The position numbers and the translations under genes were made by a program. From Amoebidium appalachense (taxonomy: Eukaryota > Protista > Ichthyosporea), in assembly GCA_963693365.1 (NCBI GenBank), contig CAVNZM010000013.1, forward strand, positions 8,122,940 through 8,186,939: a DNA stretch of 64,000 nucleotides, in the 5' to 3' direction. Within the stretch, counting starts at the first letter, position 1; each line of letters starts with the position of its first letter. Below the pieces are notes generated by a model. It was not told the origin of the DNA, made no database searches, and saw nothing but the letters and a program-made list of their open reading frames with translations. Shown here in pieces: positions 54,471 through 64,000 of the stretch.

Positions 54471-54487
54471 GAACAAGATTGCTGATG

Positions 54488-54709
54488 TGTGACAATCAGT
54501 CCACCATTGCTCTGGTCCACTCCAACACCATCAAGCACCGGACCAAGCACATTGCCGTTCGTTACTTCAACACAAAGGACTACATCAACAGTGGGGACGT
54601 CACTGTCACCTACATCGACACCAAGAAGAACCTGGCCGACATCTTCACCAAGCCTCTGGCTGGTCCGGCCCACGACACACACCGTGCCAACCTCAGTCTC
54701 CGTGACTGA
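54488..54709 (+). pseudogene. copia-2 RNase H C-terminal remainder
   Basis: CDNQSTIAL..HRTKHIAVRY..LADIFTKPL..LSLRD* continues the frame interrupted at 29407. Confidence 0.93.
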
Positions 54710-55537
54710 CCCGTGCACTGGTGTTCATCATCGAGTGGTTTCTGAGTAGGTTGGGGCCCTGGACAGCAGTTGACACACCTACGGTGATCAAGATGCCTCC
54801 CAACGAAAGTCTACTACTCCTCATCGTTTCTCTTCATCAGTGGGGACTCAGTCTTCCATCGTCATATGTGTGCATCTTCAGTGGGGATTATTCTCCACCA
54901 TCCGTCGTTTATTTATATTCATATCCCACCATATATATTGGTTTTCTTCTATATTCGACTTGTATATATGTCGAACTGGGATGGCGTCCCAGTATAAATA
55001 ATTATCTATAGCCATGACGTGCTGGTTGACTGCCAGTCTAAACCTAGTCCACGGGATGCACCTTCCCCGTGTCTTAACTGGTTGACCACCAGTCTATAAA
55101 TCAGTCCACAAGATGTTCATGTCTTGTGTTACCTGGGTGGTCCCCAGTATAAACCATTAGCCACCAACACGTCACACATACACTAGTGTTTCCTATATAT
55201 ATATATATATCACCGATAACCACCATGATTTCTTGTTTCGAGTCTTCAGAGGCAACCGTCGTTGTGTGCCTCTTCAGTTTTGATTCTCTCCTTCCCACCT
55301 CAAGGATCTTCGGTTTGCATCCTCGAGTGGGGAAACTTGAGTGTGACGGCCCCTCCTGTGTTTGGACCTCATCTACCGTCACATCAACAGACACGAGAAC
55401 ACAAACTTCAACCCCTTGAGTGGGGATGTTGGAATACGTCACCATGTATGACAGCAAGAGCCTTGAAGTATGTATGTGTCCTAGCTTGTTTGTATTCGTG
55501 TCTGCTTTCCTCCTTTGTGCTCTCTCTCTCTCCCCTC

Positions 55538-55581
<44 letters not shown>

Positions 55582-57340
55582 CCCCCCCCCCCCCCCCCCC
55601 GTATCTCTCTCTCCCTTGTTTCTGTGGGCACAGATATCTGTAGATCTGTGCACACCTGGCTCTCTTGCCTGATAAGAACTTATTGTGTTTTTATTTCTAT
55701 TTGCTCTCCTCTGTTTATCTGAGAGGTAGCGTGATTGGCTAGCGAGGCTCACTCGTTGTCTTTCCTTTATTTCAAAATGGCCTAGTTTTGTTCTCAAAAG
55801 GATGGTTCGCCAATAGTCGCGAGCGAGTACATCTGTAGATTGTGTTGTGCATTCCTGTCTGTTAATATATGTGTGTTGTGATTGGACAATAGATATATAT
55901 GGAATTCGGTTTATTGCAAAGTGTCTTCACTTTGAGAGTGTCGACTGTTAGGAAATATATGTATTTAAATAAGTTTCTTTATAGAGACGAACATAAATAT
56001 ATATGTGAGTTAATAGTGACTAGATGTATAATTACTTAATTTATTTAAGTAAGAGTTTCTACACTTTAGTTTAATCGGAAAGTTGGAATGCGTATGCTCT
56101 GTCGGAATGTGTTTTTCTATCTTCTGATAGAACCGATTGGTTCTCCCTCTTTAGTTGTGATAAGGTGATAAGTCGCAAGTACAAAAGGAACCGAGAGCAC
56201 AATAAAGATTCAGTTGTTGTTTGAAATCTTGCAATGTCTCGTGAACAACTCCGATTGCCCTCTCATTAATGTGTTAGTCGTGTTTTACATGACACCTCTG
56301 TGCACTCTGCTCCCTTAGACCCGTACAAAACAACAGGGGGTGCTGATATATATTCGTGATATCGATGGCATTTTTGACGCCACCTCGGTATGGCGGCAAG
56401 CACCGTTTTTCATACTGCCTCGCGCAGATTGAGAATGCCTGGCACTGCACTAATACATAGACATAGCCTCACTGGCCGGGCCCACTTCGAAGCCTCCTGG
56501 AAGATATGAGTTATAGCTAGATAAGAGGCCTTAGTGCTGGCTCACGTTCATGAACTTCATGTTGCCAACGGTCACAGAGCTCACTGACTCCGAGAACAGT
56601 TCAACAGTGTTTGGTGATCTATCATTATTGTAGCCAGCCAATAGTACACCAACATCGCACATTCATGAGCAGGGGGGGGATTACGAAAAATCGTCGTATT
56701 TACGATTAACGAAAGACCCCGATACGATTAAGGTTAGGGTGCCGTCGTAACAGGTTTCGTATCAGATGTAAAGCATTATAAACTTTAAGGCCCCCTAATA
56801 TCTAATTGTACCTAATTTTATCAATATTTCTGTTCAAGAACATATCTACAGCGCTTCTCATGAGCAATATCGAACCCCGACAAGTGTCCAGGGCTTGATT
56901 TGCGATACTTAATTTGTAAAAACGCGGATTTTGAGTTTTGTGACTTGAGAGGCGTTTTTAGCTGGGCTTGCAGATCCCCAAGAACCCCCCCGTTACGATT
57001 AAGAAACTGTCCGCTACGATTGGCCAAAGGACAATCGTTGATTTGGGAAATCCAGATTTTCTAAACTTAGTAGTGCCATATTGGGAGATCGAAGTGATCA
57101 CCCAATAGGCACAGTAGCAGCTTTTTACGGCAGTGTCCACGCAATAAGAAGTGTGTAAAATCCTTTTAGGGTACTATAAAAAGCGGGTGATGGTTAAATC
57201 ACCCTCACTTTTTGTCCCCTGTCGCTGCTCTCTCTAGCAGTGACGGTTGGTGATTAGGTAGCAATCTTGTGGCAGTGCGCCTATACTTATAACTTTCCGT
57301 CCTGCACGTCGTTGCTCCCGCCACTCTAGTAGTGACTAGA

Positions 57341-57890
57341 ATGGACGCCAACTACTCAGCTTATCTTGCGGAGCTCCGCCGCCTCATTTCTGGCGATGCT
57401 GTCGAGAGTAACGAGGCCCGCCGTGAGCGACTTGGGCGCTACTGGGGCTTCTCCGAACTGCCGTTGGTGCCGGTGCAACGCCAAGCTTTGGTAACCATGC
57501 ACCCTGCCTTTGGCGGCTTTGCCCGGTTCGTGGTGGAGGACTCCCACAGCAACGGGCCTGGTCCGATTCCTGTTGAGCACCTAGGGTTTGAGCGCAGTGA
57601 ATTCAGCCAGGCGGTTTGTGAAGAAGTGGAGTTTGCTGGGGGCTTGGGCAACGCCCTCCTGCATCTCTACAACGCCGTGGCTGCTATCATAATGCTGCGG
57701 CTGCCCGACGAAGACGAAGCTACCCACCTGCGGCGGCGGCTCGACTTGACATGGGGCATGGTGGGCGACATCCTGAACCTGGTAGGCGACCGTGTGACTT
57801 ACCAGCACATCAGGGCTACTGAGGGTGGTGCGTTTGCCCAGGTCGTGCGGGCCAATATGGAGCGCGACTATTACCCCCAGCTCTCGTCAA
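57341..57890 (+). CDS. gag-like ORF1 of the YR element (frame stays open to 58786; true end uncertain)
   Basis: ATG follows repeat A and a TATAAAA box. About 185 aa of protein-like helical sequence precede the overlap with the YR frame. Confidence 0.55.
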
Positions 57891-57891
57891 G

Positions 57892-59371
57892 ATGGTCCAG
57901 GACAACTTCCAGGAGTGGAAGGCAGCTGTGGTGGCCTCTATGCCGGAAGGGGTTCGGGCCGAGGCCAGTTTGTTGCTGGAGGGTTTTCTTAGCTACAAGA
58001 CCTGGAGAGTCTATCAGTCAGATGTGTATCGATACGTCCAACTTTGTGCCGCCAACCGTCTGCAGCCGTGGCCGACATCGTCCGGCACCCTGCTGGCCTA
58101 TGCTTCCGACCTGTTCAAACAAGGGTACGAACCTCCAAGTCTGGACAGCAAGTTTTCCGCCCTGCGCAAGGTGCATGAGCTCTGGCGTCTGCCATATGTC
58201 GACGCCTCCACCATCGCCATGGTCAAGAAGTCCTATTCGTCCGCCGTGCTCAAAGTTCGGCCCCCGCCAGCGGAGTTGTCGCGTTTCGACGCCCCCTGGT
58301 TCACCGGCTTGTTGCAGCGCGGGCACACGTCAGGCGACGGTGCCCGGTGGTTGGGGGCTGTGGCTGCCAGGGTTGAGTGTCTACGCTCCGCGGCGAAGAT
58401 GTTGTCGTCGGCCCGGTCAGTGCCGAGGGTCTTGCCCGTGTCACCCTCTCCTTTCAGGCTGTCAGGCAGGCAGGGGGGAAAGTTCTCCGTCCCCCCGTAC
58501 GGCATCGAGTCGTTCCGGCGGTGTATGCGTCGGCGTTCCACCACATGCTGGCAGCTCTACCCTCCCGTACTGCGCTGCTCGTGCCCAAAGCATCACCCAA
58601 AGTGGGAAACGATTGGCTGCGCGCCGAGTTGCGCCATGTGGGGGTGCTCGCCACCGAGGCTGCAGGCGTCACGTGGCACTGCCTGCTCCATGGCCTGGTG
58701 GGCGCCTGCCGTGCCCTGCTTGTGGACGAGGCGTTTGTGTCGTGGCTGGGTGTGTGGCAGCTTGGCAGCCGCGGCACCCCCTGTAAACAGTTGGACTAGT
58801 TGGGATAAGGCAGAGTACAACTGAATCAAAATAAAGACAGAGAACGGGTAGAAAGGCACACGCGGCCAGGTTGCTTTTACTATGGGCCGACTCAGTCTGT
58901 CTCAGACTTCACTGATGTGATCCCCGTACTGGGACGGCTTTGTTATATAGCCCCCAGGTTTTGGATCAAGGCCCAGGATTGGTTCATCCGCGGCCAGCGC
59001 GGGTGGCAACATGCCATTCGTGATTCTGGTGCGGTCCGAGCCAGTCAGACCTTTGTCCTATTTATGCAAACCCCTTATTGGTCCACTTCGTTTATGTGGT
59101 ATGCAGCAATAGAATCATATATGGTTCAATTCTTAGGTCAGAGTGAGTCCTATTGGTGCGGACATAATATTTATGTGATATTCATGACAAAGCACGAATC
59201 GTGTGCTAGTAGATCACATTCTTTAGTAAACATGTACAGTTCATGTGTACAGTTGTTTACACCCCCGTGTCCCACTACGGCCTCGGCCACATCCCTACGG
59301 CCGACGACTGGCTCTACTTCGGAATGTTGCAGGGTGCCCGGCCGCCCGCGTCCGCAGGTGAATTGGCGTAG
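57892..59371 (+). pseudogene. Tyrosine recombinase (DIRS/Ngaro-type), disrupted
   Basis: SAM-like N-terminal domain (SYKTWRVYQSD..WPTSSGTLLAY..FSALRKVH), then R (AARVE) and a frameshift near 58378. TWHCLLHG is an HxxR box with R replaced by L. LGVW and the catalytic Tyr (VSHY) appear once the LTR is removed. Confidence 0.8.
58782..59261 (-). mobile_element. Family X solo LTR (copy D)
   Basis: 480 bp, TGTAAACA...TGTTTACA, TSD CCCCC. Inserted in the YR gene. Confidence 0.95.
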
Positions 59372-60373
59372 CAATGTTGGGTTATATAAGCTTGTAGTTG
59401 GCAGAATTATGGACATAGCTAGCAACCTAAGTTGAAAATCGTTGATTTGGGAAATCCAGATTTTCTAAACTTAGTAGTGCCATATTGGGAGATCGAAGTG
59501 ATCACCCAATAGGTACAGTAGCAGCTTTTTAGGGTACTATAAAAAGCGGGTGATGGTTAAATCACCCTCACTTTTTGTCCCCCGTCGCTGCTCTCTCTAG
59601 CCCACCCTGCCGCCGGCGCTTTTTAGTCCCCCGTCTAGCTTCTTTGGGTTAGTATACGTCTTAGGGGCAAGGGTAGGTGTTTTTGGGGGGGGGGGGGGGG
59701 GGGGTAGGCACGTAGCCAGTGTGGATACGTGTGTATAAAGCCCAGACTTAGTCCATACAAGTTGATCGATCTGCGACCATAGGCATGTGTAACCGTATGT
59801 ATTGATGTAGTAGTTGGGGTCCCGGGGACCAGATTGTTGTGAGCCACAAGAGAGCAATAAAACCGACAGAAGCAACCTAAGTTGAAAATACAGTTAAGCT
59901 GGCCAACCCCAGCCCAACCCTGTCCATGAGTTAGCTTTATCCAATAGGAAGCAACATATTTTCTTCAGGGCACATTCCACAAGAGAAGGACAGTGCTTCT
60001 TTTATCCTCTGGGAGAGTCTTCCAAAGTTGTGACATAGATGTGCAGTACACTGTACCAGGGATTATTGTGACTGCCTCAGCCTCCTAAAATGCGAGAATA
60101 ATAAATAAAACTGCATGTTCTCAAGAAATCGTAAATTCTTGGTTTGGGGACATTCAGGAGAAAGAAAGCAAGAACTTTCACATAGATTGCCTGTCTCCCA
60201 TATTGTTTACCCACCTCTAGTCGAAGAAAAGTCACGGTATAAATACCTGAGCTCAACCGTGCCAAGCCAACTCGTTGACTTGGTCAAAGTTTTCCTTTGG
60301 ACGGTGTGCCTTTGTGCTATCCGACGTGGCTGCTTGCCTGTTCATGTTTATTTTAGGCACGAGCACCACAACA

Positions 60374-61220
60374 ATGCCGCGCTTCCACCTGTGCGTATGG
60401 CTCCTATTGGACCTCATTCACTCCTATGGCGCTTGCAGATGAAGACACCTCTGCGGAAGGGCCCTCCATTATTGAGCAGTGCAAAGAGCTCATGGCAAAA
60501 CTGAACACCACTACAGATGCACAAAAGGGAAACCTCACCAGCGTTACACAAACCTTCAGCGATTGCGGCGACGAGTTCAAAGAGTATGAACTGCGCAAAA
60601 ACGAAAACGCAACACAGTACCCAACACTAACCATCGATCTTACGAACTTTAGCACTACCGGCTGCCTGTGGTGGCCCATGACCACGTCGGGTTTCCTATG
60701 AATGGAGCCAGCTTGAGGAGTTGATGTAACACCCTGTCAAAGGCTGCGGTAATACAGCTATATAGAAACCTTGGGATCAACGGGTCACGTCCGGTAACCC
60801 TAATCGGTGGTAATTCAGGCATTGCCATGTCACGCGGCTACACTATGCAGGCTCGAAATTGCCCAGAACAAGGGATGCAAAGCAGGACATGACGGACGAG
60901 GAACTGCAGAGAATAGACAAGTTCAGTGATGAGACGGGCAGTAAATTGATCCTGGGCGTGCCCATGTGAATCCCGACCCGAAGTATGCCAGTGAGTTTGC
61001 CACGCAGGCACTACTGAAGAACATCAAGCCAGGGAACATACTGGCACTGGAGTTGGGCAACGAGCCAGACCACTGGCTGCTGGCCAAAAAGTGCTACCGC
61101 GTGAACTGGGCTCATGGTTATCCCGACTATCTCAAGGAATATCTCGCCACAGAGGAGGCTATCTCTGACGACTGGCCGGCTGGCGTTGAAAGAATGCCCC
61201 TGCAGGGCCCAGCCATATGG
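60374..61220 (+). pseudogene. Glycoside hydrolase family 79-like (beta-glucuronidase/heparanase) fragment, frameshifted
   Basis: Signal-peptide-like start, IGGNS near 60803, ALELGNEPDHW and LQGPA. Several frameshifts and stops, and a GTAAG donor at 61221. Confidence 0.65.
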
Positions 61221-61447
61221 GTAAGCGTGTGAGGAGGGCATGGGTGTCTTTTATTGGTGGAGAAGGGGGGGGGGGGGGGGAAGGGGGGGGGGGGAAGGGG
61301 GGGAAGGGGGGGGGGGAAGGGGGGGGGAAGGGGGGGGGGGGGGGGGGGGTTGCTGCTGCAAAATTTCCAAGGGTTTCTAGATGGCCTCTTTCTTGGTCAG
61401 AAGAGAGCACTAATTAAGTGCATATCTGTTTGCAACGTTACATCCAC

Positions 61448-61482
<35 letters not shown>

Positions 61483-61605
61483 TGCCGCCACCACCTCCGT
61501 TTGCTTGCCTTGAAGATAGCCGCTGCTGATTTGCATAAGCGCTGGACAATCAAGCATCCCACCTCGTGTTTTCATTGTGACTCACTTCGTACTTTAAAGT
61601 ACACT

Positions 61606-61644
<39 letters not shown>

Positions 61645-61691
61645 ACCCCCAAACCCCCAACCCCCAACAACCAACCAACCAACCAACCAAC

Positions 61692-61729
<38 letters not shown>

Positions 61730-61910
61730 TTGTTGGCACCACTAGTTTCCCTTACCCTTTCCATGTTTTGTCTTCACGTAATTCTACTCTCTAATTCCCC
61801 AGTTCCTCACTCTACCTATTTTCAGTTGTATGGACCTTCACCAAAATTTATTCCAACAACCCCCCCTCCCCCCCCCCCTGCCGTGTCTCCAACACACCCC
61901 AATTGATTGC

Positions 61911-62297
61911 TCAATTGAATCCTCTCTGCACATATTGTTGATTTTCCATCTTCTTCTCGCTTGTCAGTCTAGCTCTGCCACTTTGTCTCACAATTTTGAG
62001 CCTTCTGATCCGAGTCCCCCCTCCCCCCTCCGCCCCCCCTTTTCCCCCCTCTTCCCCCCCCCTCTTCCCCTCCCACCCCTCTTTCCCTCCAGGGCCTGCT
62101 TTAGTCTCACTAACCTTCCCTCTTTGCCTGCCCTCCCCTGTTCCAACCCTCCCCCCCCCCCTGTTGGACATCGTGTTCATAGAAGCTAGTTCTAGTGTAC
62201 GTTGTTCCTTCTGTAAGTCAGAAATGATTGCATCTTGTGAGGCCAACCTCTGCTCCAGTAGTTGGACTAGTTGCTGCAACTGTAAGTTGTCAGACAT
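61911..62297 (-). CDS. Possible first exon or ORF of a coiled-coil protein
   Basis: MSDNLQLQQLVQLLEQRLASQDAIISDLQKEQRTLELA follows a TATATAAA about 115 bp upstream. The rest is low complexity. Confidence 0.3.
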   Translation of the reverse strand: MSDNLQLQQLVQLLEQRLASQDAIISDLQKEQRTLELASMNTMSNRGGGRVGTGEGRQRGKVSETKAGPGGKEGWEGKRGGEEGGKGGAEGGGGTRIRRLKIVRQSGRARLTSEKKMENQQYVQRGFN

Positions 62298-63111
62298 AGT
62301 GTCGTGTATGATGGGTAACTTGTCTATGTGTTTTGTGCACTGAAAACGACAGTAGAAAAGTGTAAATCAAACGTTCTGCTTCCCATGTTTGTGACATGGG
62401 AGGCACTGCTTTATATAGTCGTTGGCCACCTCATGGTGGCCTCGTGTGCACCCTGGTGGTGGGCCATGTACAGCATGGCCGAAAAGAGAGCACAACGAAA
62501 ACAAGTCGTTAAAGATATAAAAGTTAACTGTGCACGTTGAGTGGCTAGTTAACTTGCACTAAAGCACACAAATAAACGTGTTTAACACACCAATTGCAGT
62601 TAAACGTAAATCTTACTTCACACAACTAAAAATATTCTGAGAATATCCGGGAATAAAGCACACTACCACTCTAAGAATAGAATCCTGTGGCAAATATAGA
62701 CATGACATCATCTGAACCGGGAATATTAATTAATGAGCACAATTAGCACGTTGCTAGTGAAGCTCGTCATTGGTACAGTTTTGGCTCAAACATATAACTA
62801 CCATATATGAATATGACCGTAAACAAAAGCTCTATGCACTCGAGTGAGTGTTGAAACAATTATTCAATTGCTCAGAAACTTTCTCTAACAGACATTGCTA
62901 GCCGGGAGTACCAGTGTACTCCAACACCCCTACTCAATTGGATAATTGTGGTATGAATTAATGCAACTGAGCTCGAGTGCTTCAGGTGCACAAAATACAG
63001 ACAATAAAGATTCCCCTACTCAATTTTAGTATGGTACACGTAGTTGCACAGTCGGATGCAACTCTCTCCCCCCCCTGAAGTATGAGGGCGCAGTTGGTTG
63101 ATGACGGGTGC

Positions 63112-64000
63112 TCAGCACATGTTGAGCATCCCCACGGCCTTGGTGAAGAAAGAGGCAGACAGGGCCTTGGTGAACATGTCGGCCTTGTTGTCAGCAGAAG
63201 CCACCGGGACCACAGTGATGTTGCCCAGCAGGTGATGTTCCTTGACGGAGCAGTAGCGGACGTCGATGTGCTTGGTCTTGGGCTTAACCCCTAGGGTGTC
63301 CAGCAGGGCCCGGGCAGACTCATTGTCCCCATGGATGGGCACCGGGGTGGGCTCATCGATAGGATTAAGGCCCAGGTCGTCCATCACATAGTTGAGCCAT
63401 ATGGCCTCGTTCGTAGCAGCAGACATGGCCACAAATTCAGCCTCAGTGGAGCTGTGGGTGGTGATGGACTGGAGCCGAGACACCCAGGACACAGGGGAGG
63501 AGTTGATGAAGAAGACATAGCCCGTGGTGGAGCGCCGGGTGTCGCGGTCCTCGGCGTAGTCGGAGTCGGAGTAGCCAACAAGGGTGGGGGGGCCGGGACG
63601 GTAGACAATACCCAGGTCGATGGTGGCCAGCAGGTAGCTTACAACTCTGGTAGCCATAGTCCAGTGGGTGACGGTGGGCGCATGAATGTGTCGAGTAAGG
63701 ACTCCCAGAGCCTGGGAAATGTCGGGGCGGGTGGTACGCGCAATCCACAGCAGGGCACCGACCAGGCTGGCATAGTCCTCCTTCTTGCTGTGGGCTGGGG
63801 TCTTGTTGCTTTCACTGGCCTGGCCCGGGACGATGGGGGTCTTGGTGCCGGACGTGTGGGTGAGACGAAAACGGGCAGCCAAGTCGATGATGTGTTGACG
63901 ATGGCCCAGACGCAGAGACCCGTCCTCCAGCCAGGTAAGAGTGTGCCCGATGAGCAGGGTAGGACGACCCAGGTCCTTGGCAGAGAAACGAGCATCCAGC
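63112..64000 (-). mobile_element. 3' part of a third Ty1/copia element (RT C-terminus and RNase H), runs off the window
   Basis: YASLVGALLWIARTTRPDI, YSDSDYA..RRSTTGY, SSTEAEF, KTKHIDVRY and ADMFTKAL, with a polypurine tract at 63064-63075. Confidence 0.92.

Larger units (their letters stand above)
29408..54487 (+). mobile_element. Giant cargo-carrying Plavaka/CMC (CACTA-related) DNA transposon, 25,080 bp including nested elements
   Basis: Perfect 15-bp TIRs CATCAGCAATCTTGT (29408-29422) and ACAAGATTGCTGATG (54473-54487), with 2-bp TSD TG. Removing the element restores the copia codons GTG TAC TGT GAC AAT CAG (VYCDNQ). Contains a Plavaka-type transposase. Confidence 0.93.
24145..56335 (+). 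mobile_element. Ty1/copia LTR retrotransposon (copia-2), split by a 25-kb insertion
   Basis: About 905-bp near-identical LTRs at 24145-25049 and 55427-56335 (TGTTG...CAACA), TSD GGGGG, PPT GAGTGGGGA, PBS-like GGTTAAAGGCCC. Confidence 0.95.
57033..59889 (+). mobile_element. Tyrosine-recombinase element with split direct repeats (Ngaro/PAT-like), lacking RT/RNase H
   Basis: Repeat A at 57033-57238 and 59437-59601. Repeat B (AGCAACCTAAGTTGAAAAT) at 59421-59439 and 59871-59889. Order is A1-ORFs-B1-A2-B2, with AAT shared at both ends and at the internal junction. Confidence 0.75.

Noticed and set aside
56669-57030. TACGATTAA-repeat region resembling a DNA transposon end
   Set aside because: I could not find a matching inverted terminus or TSD.
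62849-63063. Candidate short 3' LTR of copia-3 (TGTTG...CAACT)
   Set aside because: One terminus is imperfect and the partner LTR lies outside the window, so it cannot be confirmed.

Overview
Eukaryotic, intron-rich genomic DNA with abundant poly-G/poly-C tracts and (GT)n microsatellites. An ichthyosporean such as Amoebidium is my guess from the content, but the sequence does not prove it. The left 10 kb holds a Cys/His-repeat protein gene, a 4-exon stathmin-family gene and a MITE. From 10.4 to 56.3 kb is a nest of transposons inserted into one polypurine tract: a non-coding LTR element family (2 full copies and 2 solo-LTR-type copies in the window) and two Ty1/copia elements. Inside the RNase H region of the second copia sits a 25-kb DNA transposon (29408-54487; 15-bp TIRs, TG target duplication). 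It encodes a spliced Plavaka/CMC-type transposase, a KDM4-like JmjC histone demethylase, a multi-exon gene with a histone-H4-tail-like N-terminus, an orphan Zn-finger-like ORF and an intronic 375-bp satellite. A full-length LINE and an LTR are nested in it; that LTR carries four tandem tRNA-Arg-complementary units inside its target duplication. The right end holds an RT-less tyrosine-recombinase element with split direct repeats, a GH79-like pseudogene and the 3' end of a third copia. Coordinates were counted by hand and family calls rest on motif recognition, with no database search.
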